The position numbers and the translations under genes were made by a program. A stretch of DNA of 64,000 bases from Marsupella aquatica (taxonomy: Eukaryota > Plantae > Marchantiophyta). This document shows, one piece after another, positions 12,780-23,800 of this stretch (its first letter is position 1; every line of letters starts with the position of its first letter). The notes beneath the pieces are model-generated. The model was not told the origin of the DNA and ran no database searches. It was given only the letters and a program-made list of their open reading frames with translations. The DNA lies in the NCBI GenBank assembly GCA_973895155.1, contig OZ316896.1:6500166-6564165 (forward strand), read 5' to 3'.

Positions 12780-15700
12780 CTAAATGTCCATTTCATTTTG
12801 TCGATCAAGTAGGTAACAGACTTCGCCCAATGTCAAAACTGGTTGACTAGATAGTGTCAAATCGTGAAGACTCAACTTCAACACAGTCCTGAATACCCAA
12901 TATAGATGTTTGCAAGGCATGTAAGGTTTTCTATAAATGTGCCGACGGTAGAAATCCTCACATGAACAGCAAGGGAAACAACAAATCTGCACCCAATAAG
13001 AGGCAACAGTCCTCTCATGTTCATGTGTTCTGATACAATACTGCTTTCCCCATGCATTCCCACTCGTGACATCTCTCTCGCATACGAGTCTCATTACTTA
13101 TGTTTTGGATGCTTCAATCTTCTTGTAATGTGTTTGAGTTAGATTCACTCTCTGCAAACACTTTCTTCCATTCCTTGAGGGACATATGAAAATTGGGTCC
13201 GCTAAATTGATCCTCTCTTGGAACAAATTCACCTCAATGCATAACTCAGACGGGGATGGCTCATGACCTTCCCCTATCTCTTGTCCCAATTAGTCCTTGT
13301 TCTCTCAAGAATTGGACCTTGCCCTCCTGAAGATTGGTCCCTCTTGCAATGGGAAGAATAAGTGGTATATTGGGAATGTTTAAAACACCTCTTCTTGGCC
13401 AACTTTTGTGACATTTGTTGTTTGGGCAAAACCATATCTGGTCCGGATGCGGTTCTCCTCTAAAAAGTCTACATCCTCTTACAGATATTGCGAAAACTCC
13501 TTCTGGATTTGGAAACCCAATCTTCTTTACTCGATTTTGACATTCATTGTGGCTTCCCCTCCAACCAAGCGTTCCATTGCATGCAGGACCAGCACCACGT
13601 TTTGAAGTTCGTCAGAGCTGCCACAAACCTGGAGCTATGTCACTTTCCATCGGGAGAAGAGATTCCTCAAGCGCGGTCTCAACTTGATGTATGACGGGAG
13701 GAACAAAAGATCTTGTCGTTTGATGTGAGGGTGTTTCAAAGACGACAACCTCCTCAAAATCTTCACTCTCAGTTTGAGACAAATTAACGACGCCACTTCC
13801 ACCGGCAGAAGGGGTGGAAGACATCTTCTCGAAGTATGTGGAATGGAGGTTTCTCTTCTTCAAACCTCTTGTATTTGGTGAAGTCACAAGGATAGTATCA
13901 TGCCTGTGAGAGTCTTGTGCCGAGACATTCCCACTTGCATTACCTTTTCGTTTCACCGATCGAGTTATGACGTCTCCATTCAATGGAACAATTCTTTCCA
14001 AATCAAATTCAGCTATGTTGGAAAGAAGGAGATTGGTTGCTTCTTCAAATAGATGTGGAGACCCTATCATGTACGCAGATCTGAAAGCCAGCTCAAAGAT
14101 AGTGGGTCCAGTTCCCCTATGTAACCCTCGACCGTATGCAGCATAAGCTGCGATCTGACATACGGCTCTGTTTTGGTCAGTTTTGCATCCCTCCATGAGA
14201 CCAACCCGCTTCTTCATTTGCCATGCCTTCATGCCTACATGCACTGATTCTGAACCAGTACAATTCGGAATCATACCTGCCTCCTCAGCACTCTTGCTTT
14301 GTCATAGGAAACGAATAAATATGTTTAGTGTATGAGACAAGTACGCGAACTACAGTAATTCACGATAAGTATTGGTTGTATTTCCTCTATCTGAACTCTG
14401 AATATTAGTAGCGCCTGACGCTATTAAATGTGTTGCATCAATGTCATGTCAGTAGTTGCAAAAGTCTCCTTATAAAAACTAGCGCTCGGCGCTACTATAC
14501 CTGACAAAGGAATTGGATTTTGAAGACACATTTTTCAAAGTAGCGCCGGGCGCTATTACAAAATATTCATTCTCTTTGATTTCTAACAGACTATCGTGCA
14601 TCTAAGGAAAGACTTACCAGTCTTATGAAGTTCCCCCATTGTCTCCAACGGACTACCCACCATGAGAACCATCCTTGTAACATTTGAAGCTTCCCCTGAT
14701 GGCAATTTCTAGCTTGCCACCAGTCGTTGATCTCTCTTGACAAACGATATGCTTCCAAAAATGTTTTTGCGTTCCGAAGACCGTCCCACATCTTCTTGTG
14801 TTCTTCGAGTTTCCCTTCTTGAACACCTTCTTGTGAATGTCGATGAAATGACTGATAAAAATGAAATGCATCCGATCGCTCTCGGTTAGGATCATGTACC
14901 CCATTGAAGTAAAAAATTTGCATGGCATTCCAACCCGCCTGGACATTATCCACCATGAATCCTCAAATTTGAATGTTCTCTAGGCCATTTTCACTCGCAA
15001 CTTCTATCATCAATTGCCAAGCTCTCTCTAAGGACTTGGTGTCTTCAGCTTTCAACTCACAAGTGAAAAATGTACAAAGTGCCCGATAGTGATGATCATA
15101 TACATGAACACTAAAGGTTAGCCAGTCTACTGTAATTCTGTGCATGACGTCAAAACTCACCCATGACCCCTCCAATGAACCGCCAGGTTGCATTTTCCAG
15201 AGAAGGTTGATCCTAGATCCTTCCCTTTCACAGTCATCTTGAAGATGTGGGCACTTTTGTCTCGACATCCTTGGCCTGGAAGCAAATACTTATGAAGAAA
15301 TGGAAGTCTCACACACTTTTGCATCCAAACCAAATATTCGAGCTCACCTTTACCTTTCTGGTCTTGCCTCACACTTCATAGAACAGAGGCAAACTTTTGT
15401 GGGGTAGCAACAACCATGAGGGACTCCCATTTTTCCTTCTCCTCTTCCAAAGACATTTTCCTTGATGGAATCCTCATAGAGGGCATTGGTTAAAGAGTCG
15501 GTAGCCGCATTTTTTATCCCTACTGGCATAGCTCGTGGATTTGCCTAGAACTCCTTTGCTAGGTGAGTCTTTGCAACCTTTTCAGCCTCTTTGGACCACA
15601 CCCGACAACTAGGATGGTTGTGAAATCCCATGTGCACAGCCAGCCGGGACATGTACGCCAAATGTGTTGAATCCACTTTGGTTGAAGGATACGTATAGAA

Positions 15701-16433
15701 CATCATGGCCAGACACGACCTCATACACATCGGAGGTTCAAAGCAGTGGTGACACACAATACCACCTTGCGGGATCAGTTCTCCAACTTGAAATGGTCCT
15801 GAGAGTTTAGGTGTTCTTGCCCAAACCTGGTTGTTCCTAGTCATTTTGTCTCTCCAGAACTAACAAGAGTTGTTCCGACATTCAAGAGAACCGGTACACT
15901 GAACCTTTCCAAAATCCCACATCTTCTTTGATAAAACATTCAAAGATGTTTTGACGATGCGCGTCCAGTAATAGCAATCCTTCCCGCAGTCCATGTCCTT
16001 CAGCCGTTCCCCTTTTGAATTCACGCAATTGATTGGAGGCAACTCAAACACAACATTCCCATTGTATGTCATTGGGAGACTTAGGACTATCTCATGCATG
16101 CGTGAAATCCTTCTCCCTAATGAAACGAGATAACTCGCTATGCCCCTTTGATTTTAGGATAGTATCCATAGCACTTTGCCAATATACAACTCGAACTTTG
16201 CAAACCTCCATCTTCACGACCAAAGGATCCACTGGGACCTTTTTTGGGACATCAAATAGAAGGGGTGAATTTCTTCCCTCGCCTTCCAAAGTGTCTGAGA
16301 TATTGACAACATTGACACCACGGGAAACAGGCCATGGATATGCCGATGCTTGAGTATCTTCCAAAACAATGAAAGACCTTGTATACTTCATCCAAGGACA
16401 TCGTCCAAAATCTAAGACCATCAACGACATCAT
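12780..16433 (-). pseudogene. Mutator-like (MULE) transposase pseudogene with N-terminal GCM/WRKY-like zinc domain and C-terminal SWIM finger
   Basis: N-terminal 'DCYYWT...CTGSLECRNNSC...CHHC...C...HMGFHNHP' (GCM/FAR1-WRKY-like). MULE core 'WVSFDVMHR...GFMVDNVQAGWNAM...DAFHFYQSF...SESVH'. SWIM 'CSCEDF...PCKHLYWV' at ~12900-12970. Multiple stops/frameshifts and an intron with donor at 14617. TIRs were not found. Confidence 0.8.
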
Positions 16434-17289
16434 AGAAGATGGTACTTCCTTTTGAATTCTTAGGGAGAAGGGACACTAAGAGAATAGACTTTTTTGCAAC
16501 ATCAAATCTTATCCCCAAGTATTCATCCGAAACTCTTCTTGCCTAAGATTCTGGGGAAACTATAACCGTGATGACTTCCCGCGTGTCCTTGCGTGTAACT
16601 ACAATTGCTTGACCTATTTCACCGAAAGAGAATAATGGATGCCTAACTTTGCCAATCGGATTAAGGCTAGTTTGATATACGGGGTTAATAACGACATTAT
16701 AAATGAACGTTGAATCATGACAAAGTAAGACATGTTAACCGTTTGGAAGATATAAATGAATTGAGTTTTGTTGTTTGTCAATGGCTGTATTGAAACAACT
16801 GTTTTGTCTGTAGTTTAATAGCGCCAGTCGCTACTTTTGTGAAAGGAGAACAAGTGAACACTGGAAGCATGAATCTGGACCCAACATAATAGCGCCTGGC
16901 GCTACTTTAGAGGAGGAGAGGGAAATCTGCCATTGTAATAATAGCGCTCGGCGCTATCATCATCATCCGTAAGTTGTAACTCAAACATCCGATAGGAAAT
17001 CCGTGATTCCGTACGAATACACATGTTTGCATTTAAGTTTTCACGCCCTGAAGATCTGAAAATCCACAGATGCATCTGAGGCGTCTATCCCATCATCGGA
17101 AACTATTACATCTGAGGCGTCCATCCGGGGTTCGAACATACTCACCTCTCTTGTTAAAACCACACCGGCGAGACTGCCTCCCTTCATTTGGTGTTTTTCA
17201 TTCTATAACATTTTCTTGAGCTCACGCCTCTGGTCTTAGTTGCAAAAGTTTTGTACCGGTCTCGAGTCAGTTCACTTGCTGAAGTTTTC

Positions 17290-17789
17290 ATGGCTCCACC
17301 ACAAGCAAAGGGGAAGGCAAAGGTTACAGTTATTTGTGACAACAATGGAGAGGGTGCCGCGGAGAAGGCTCACGTGAGGCCTCCCACTCAGTCCACTTGA
17401 CATTCATCCATCCCAATCTCGGCCAAGGGGAAAGTGTTCTCTAAGAGCCCACACAAGATGGAACTCTTCAGTCAAAAGTAGAAGTTCAGCCCTCTGTGCA
17501 AAAATCTCTGGTGTTGACGGCGAAGCTTTCTACTTTGCCTCTGTCACCTGGGCAGCCCACAAGTGCTTCCAGTGGGGGCAAGGAGACCAATGAGGACTCA
17601 GGGACCAACGCCGACTCGGGGTCCAACGACAACTCGTCTTGCAGTCGGGGTGGGTTTCGTTGGGGTGTTGGTTCAAGCGACTCCAATGACAACTCGTCTT
17701 GCAGTCGGGGTGGGTTTTGTTGGGGTGTTGGTTCAAGCAACTTTAACGACGACTCTGACGCATACAAGCCAAGCTGGTGGGAAGATTGA
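17290..17789 (+). pseudogene. Small disrupted accessory ORF divergent from the MULE transposase, with an internal 60-bp tandem duplication (17622-17755)
   Basis: ATG at 17290 (MAPPQAKGKAKV...), interrupted, then continues to ...SWWED*. GCAGTCGGGGTGGG recurs at 17641 and 17701. Confidence 0.45.
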
Positions 17790-18593
17790 ATGAACACAAC
17801 GACACAACAATTGAATGAAGTTGCAGAACAAAGTAGTCTGTAGCTGATAGCCACGTCCATTTGTTGCTGTCCGCTATTGATAGCCACGACCATTTTTTGT
17901 AGTAATGGTCACTCTTTTTGCAGCATGGTAGTGTTGGAATGTAGTGGGAGCTTACTCCCCAGTTTTTGTTACAAATCTTGAAGTGTAGATTGGGATGTTT
18001 CTACACTTGTTAGAGTAACTTTGGTGTCCTGAAATGGAGTTTGGTGCGCTTTGATATCATTTTCACAAAGTTTGTATGAGTCAGTTGGAGTTATTGTATG
18101 TTCTGTATTATGGGAATGCGTTGATCCTAGTGCCAAATATCTTTTGGAAGTCTTCAAATTGCTTGTAGTTCATCAATGGTTTCCGACGTAGGACTCTCAC
18201 CCGGAACAAGTTCCATAATAGTGCTTGGCGCTATCATTGAAATCCTCAAAATTCTCTCTCTGGGACCAGATTAATTCTCAAAAAGTCCCAGATATGCATG
18301 AATTTGTGTGACGTTTGCGTGATGATTAGACTCTATTTGGACCCCATTTATGATAGCGCCAAGCGCTAATAAAATTTCAAGGAGAAAACGTTTAAAATAA
18401 CATCCATTTGCGTCCTCACTACCCAAAAACCATTCTAATTGTGTAAACACACATCTGTTGTCATTTTGTTAGCGCTCGGCGCTATTAAATTTCCTAGTTT
18501 AATTTGAGTTTTATGCTGTTCTTTTTGATAGCGCTTGGCACTATCAATGAGGACGATTCAATCAACGATCAAATTTCAATGGTAACATTCAAG

Positions 18594-20227
18594 ATTATCA
18601 GACACGCCCACTCTCACCGTTACTTTTTGTGATCTCCACTCAACCGTTGATGGACTTCTTGGCCACCAAGATAGAGGAGGGCAGACTCAGTGGACTACGG
18701 ATCTCAAACGAGCTCACCATATGCTACCAACTTTTTGCGGATGACGTGGGTATGTTTATTCCGGCTACTGAGGAGGATTTTGACAATACAACACAGGCAT
18801 TAGGTTGCTATGAGATGGCCTTGGGGGCAAAGCTGAACTTGGAGAAGTCTGTGGTGATACCGTTGGCTATGGAGTTGGTGCCAGAGTGGCTCAGGAACAC
18901 CGGTTGCCATATCAGCGGGCGCGGTGAGGTTCAAAAATATTTAGGAGCTCCTTTGGGGGTGGGCTTGCTTACGGAGCAGCTCCACCAATTCTGCCTGGAC
19001 AGGATTAGTCTGCGGTTGTCGGCTTGGACTAACAAGCTGCTATCATTCACTGGTTGATCATTGCTAGTTAAGCATGTCTTGCAAGCAATACTCATTTATC
19101 ATGTAATGTATCTTAAGTCCTTTGCAGGGCTGGCCAAGAAGCTGACTGCACTGTGTCGAGACTTCCTTTGGGGATACAACCCTGCTGGGGGTCGAAAGGT
19201 ACCGCTAGTGGCATGGGCCAAGATGTCTCTCCCGAGAGCTGAAGGGGGACTTGGCTTTAAAGATTTTTGCAGTCACTCTGATGCTTTACTATCACAATGG
19301 TTCACTAAGGCTCTGAACTCTCCTGACCTGGAATGGGCAAGAATGTTGGAGGCCAATTTGGCTTTGATGGCTGGCGTAACTATAAAGTGATCCGTAGGAA
19401 CCAATATTCTTTCCAGGACATGCTGCTCCTGTGTTCTCCACGCTCCTTTTGCGGGTTGCTGGGGGGCTTTGGAGGTGCTGGGAGCTGGTGCGGGCCCACC
19501 TCTCCTTTGTCCCTGGGAGGTTGGGGACTCCGGCACGTTGGAGTATTCATGACACTCTCCGTTGCCTGCAGGGGTTTAATTCTCTCCCGAATGACGACTT
19601 GGTTGGGATTACTGCTCTTTGTGGGAGAATTGGCTTGAGATCAATCGGGGATGGCTGGTCTAGAGAGGACGATGGTTGGAGAGACCTGCCACTAAGATGG
19701 CAGACAATGAGAGGTTTCACATCTGAGCACAAGAGACTGGCTCTTGAATTCTTAGAGCTCCTTTGGAGCTCAAGTGCTTGCAGGTTTGACTGCTTCCTCT
19801 ATGCCAAACAGTGGCGGTGGGTAGACAAGCCTAAGAATTTGAAGGACTTCAAGATTGCTAATTGCCGCGTCTACCAATTTTTGAGGCCACAAATCTCAAT
19901 TTTCTCAATCTCAAAGCCAAAACATCCTTAGAGCCAAAACATCCTTAGAGCCAAAACATGGATTGATGCCCTTTGTAGGAATTGGATACGACACGGCTGC
20001 GGCCGTATCACATCTGGCTTATGAGCTGCTTGCCGCAGGGGCTGCATTCAATGCTTCTGTTATAGTATTGGGCCTTTTCACACGGTTGCTTTGGCCCCCA
20101 TGTGCTTGTTTTCACATTGTTGCTTTGGTCCCCTTGTTGATTGGGGTCCTGGTTTGTGGCCTGTTTGGCTGTCTGCTTGCCCTGGCCGTGGGGTTTTTCG
20201 CAGCCGCCATTATCTTTATAAAAAAAT
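18594..20227 (+). mobile_element. 5'-truncated, degenerate L1-clade LINE (RT to 3' UTR and A-tail)
   Basis: Starts at RT motif 'PLSPLLFVISTQPL', then 'YQLFADD', 'KLNLEKS', 'KYLGAPLG', 'LLSFTG', 'CRDFLWG...LVAWAKMSLPRAEGGLG'. Ends in ATCTTTATAAAAAAA at ~20212-20227. A 17-bp tandem repeat (AGCCAAAACATCCTTAG) at 19915-19959 sits at an apparent internal deletion. Confidence 0.9.
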
Positions 20228-20896
20228 CATTTCAAGGAAACCATTAAGAATATAGGGGAGCTTTCATTGTGAAATAGCTTGAAGCTAGACATTGGCAGTC
20301 AGTGGAGGAGGTTTGAAAGGAGCTTTGTTGGCAACATAGGCAAGGTAGTGAAGGAAGTTCAAATTGAGGGGAGATTTTTTGACAGTCAAATTGTACAATA
20401 GCTTGGTATGTTAAACGTCATTTGCAAATTCTGGATTAAGTTTGAATTGAACAGCTATATCAGAAATCTATTCTTCAGATGGTGTCTTAAGCTTCTACTG
20501 GTCGCCTTAGGTTTGGTTTGCGCAATCATGAAACTCTCGAAACAATGGCTAGCTTTGTTTTGGTTCCCTTAGCTGACTTCCGATAGGGCATAGCGCCCTG
20601 TTTGTAGTTTTCAAACAACTATACCAATGAATCACAGATTGAGTACAAGCCTTCTCAGTAATTGAACCTTTTAAAGTGACTCGTCATTTGTATAAATTGG
20701 ATGCAGGGCGCGCGGTTGGCCTGAAGCCAGTGGAGGAAACTTTACCTGCAAGTCATTGGTGATTGAACATCCATTTTCAATCCGCAACAGCCTTGAGGTA
20801 ATTACTGTAGGTGTGCGCCCAATGGTAGTTGAAGTTTTCACCATTGAACACTAGCTTTCCTCAGTGATACCTTCTATGCTTTGTTCGAATGCAGTC

Positions 20897-23800
20897 ATGG
20901 ATGCGTCAACTAGTAAGCCAAAAGCTCCTCCAACTTCTACCATTTGGTTAGGAGAAAAGGAGATAGTTGTCCCACACCCTGTTATCCCTCGTAGCGGCAG
21001 AGCGCAAACTACTAGCAAACCCAAAGTTTCTACTTCCCTAGCTACGGACCATGCTACGACTGACTCTCCTGCTCCCCTATCTGAGAGTACCAAAGCGTTA
21101 AAAGGAAAGGCTAAGGTGGAGGTGCCTGTAGAGTCATGGGATCCTGAAGATTACGTTAAGGACGCAGAGTATTTCCACACCACATTTGGTCTTCCAAACA
21201 AAGGTATTAATCCTCATAAGATCAAAGACATTTCCAAGGAATGTCAATTGGCCGAGGTGTTTGGAGAGAAAGACAGGAATGGGTATAAGCTGAGTCTTTG
21301 TGTGTCGGCCTTCCAATTGAGGAGGTTTTGCAGCTATCCCAAGTTGTGGATGGTTACGACTCACCAGTGAATGGCTTTCTGTCATTCACTTTCATCAAAG
21401 GGGCCTATGCAGAGAGGATCCAAAGGCGAAAGGTGGACTGGTGTGTGTATGCAGTGTCCAAGCTGAAGGGGCAAATTTCCCAATGGGAGCAAGATGGTAA
21501 GGGTAAGCCAGACGGGCCTCCTTGCGTAAGGAGGCTACATTTATATTCACCACCAGTGCCTGCGGAATTTGATGAAGAAAATTTGAAGTGGCTTGTGGAT
21601 GACCCTTCAACGCATCTCCCACAGCCCGTCCCACGGATTTCTACCGAGAATCAAACGGCGAGGGACAAAGCTCACCCAGGGATAGTGGATTCTTGCAGCA
21701 AGGGGAGCCCACATCCCAAACCATTGGAAGCTGCGGCCCTTTGTGTCCCCCAGATAAAGCTTCTCCCTACCAAGCCCGAGGCTCCTGTTCTCCCTGCATT
21801 GCCAAGAAGTCTTTTGCTGTGCATTATGGATGGGCAAATCGTCAGGATTGAATGTAGTCTAAAAGAGACTTGTCAGCGCATCAGTGCGGTTCAAAAGACT
21901 ATGGAAAGCTTGGAGGGGTCAAAACGGGATCATCCAGCAGTCATCTTTGTCATTCAAGAGCAACGTAACAAACTAGAGGAAGAGTTGGGTGAGGTGAGAA
22001 GCAAAATGCAGGCAAGGGACACCCTACATGATGACTTGTCAACAGAAATGGAGCTCGAGGAGCTGAAGGGAGAGAAAGACGAGGAGGTATACTGCTTGTC
22101 AGACCATAGGCCTGTCCTTGTGTTGCTCAAAATACCTGTAGGCTATGTATGTTTGGTTGGGTGGTTGGATTCGGTTTGGCAGGACGAGGCATTGATGCAT
22201 GATGAACTGCAAAATAATGTTGCCATGTGCTATTTTCTTTTCTGGGGAGGCAGGATAGCTACATTGTTATCTTACGGCAGAAGTTGAAGGATGGTAACAA
22301 GGACATGGAGGCGTTGAAGAACAATGAATCATCTATTCTGAAGGGGATGGCAACATTTGACAAGCTCATAAATACCAACAACAAGCGCTTTGAACAGGTA
22401 CCAGAGAAGGTAGCTCGTCTAAAAGTTGTGGAGTCACAGTTGGAAGCAGACCTGAAGCCCCTTGAGTTGTTTGCAGCAGCTCAAAAGTCTGAACTGGTTA
22501 TTTTGGAGTCTCTTTTGGCCAATCCATGTCCAGTGTTGCAACCTCGCTTTGTTCCCACATCAACTACAATAGTGGGAACGGAAGTGCTTGTGAGTAATTG
22601 TCCAATTTGTTGCCACGGGTACCATTGTTTCAACTGGGTTCCAGCAAGTTGTGGCCACATGTATCATCCACATTGTTTATTTACATTGTTGGGGGATAAA
22701 ACAAGAGCACCCTGTTGCTTTGCATGTGGGAAACCCTTTTTGGAAGATTGGGTTCGAAGTTGGGGTCTTCCAAACATAGGGCAGGACAAGTTGCCATCAG
22801 GTGAAGGTGGCTATATTCAAGAGATGAAGGGAACATACGGGGTAAACAGTGCCTGCTTGGGCAGACGTTGTCACCTTGTGCAACAAATGCAGTCCACGCA
22901 AGCTCTGGTATGTAGAGGCACACTGTCATGTTTCAATTGGTATTTGGTTTCTAAGGTTCCGGTTTTGGGCCATGTTGTAAATTATGTCTTCATTTGTGTG
23001 TGCAGGAAGAAGCCCAAGTCCAAGCTGTGCGGTTGTGCAATGTGAACCACACTATTTCTGTGCATGAACAGGTACTCATGAGGATGACTCTCCTGAAATG
23101 CCAGCGTTGGATCCCACATTGACCAATGAACTGCATGTGAGGAAGAAACAGAAGCAGGAGAGTGAATTAGCTAGCAAGGTGACCAGTACCCTATTGACAC
23201 CTTTGAGCTTGGCACCTTGCCCTTTACTCCTGAGTCCGTGTCTCGTGTTTCATTCAGGCAACTGTTGAGCCTTGTTCAAACTGAAGCAGGAGAAACACCT
23301 CCACGGTCCAGCAGTACAACTGAATCCCTTGTTCTTCCTCCCAAGTGCTCAAACTCCAGGAAACGATTGCAGCTTCTTGTAAGAGACCCATAGCAAATGG
23401 AATCTGAGGGTTTTCTGGGTACTATGAACTGAATAACAAAGAATATTGTTTCATGTGCAGCATATAAAATCAGGGCAGGAAACAAGAGCCAAAGCTGTGA
23501 ATAGAGTCTAAACAATCAAGCAGGTAACTTTGGTTTTCTATCTCAACCCGTTCCCCTTTATGTCTTTGACTAGAACCGTGACTATTTTGTTTGAAATTAG
23601 CTTGGACAGCAAGGCCTGAGGAGTTCAAGTCCTTTATAGGGCCCAAGTCCTAGCGTGAGGACTTGAAGTCTGTGGGCAAGAGCTTCATTCCTTAGGGTCT
23701 TGGTAGAGTCAATGATAGAGTCCTTGGTCCAGGACTGAGTCCTTGTCAAAGGACTCTGAAGGACCCCAAGTTCTTGTGGAAGGACTTTGAAGGACTTGGA

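Larger units (their letters stand above)
12666..18543. repeat. 11 dispersed 15-bp palindromes, consensus TAGCGC-NNN-GCGCTA
   Basis: Starts at 12666, 14409, 14480, 14541, 16819, 16890, 16942, 18219, 18354, 18470, 18529. Each has 0-1 arm mismatch, and all lie in non-coding positions. Confidence 0.93.

Noticed and set aside
14409-18543. CRISPR array interpretation of the palindrome clusters
   Set aside because: The repeats are only 15 bp with variable loops, spacing is irregular, there are at most four per cluster, there are no cas genes, and the context is eukaryotic with introns.
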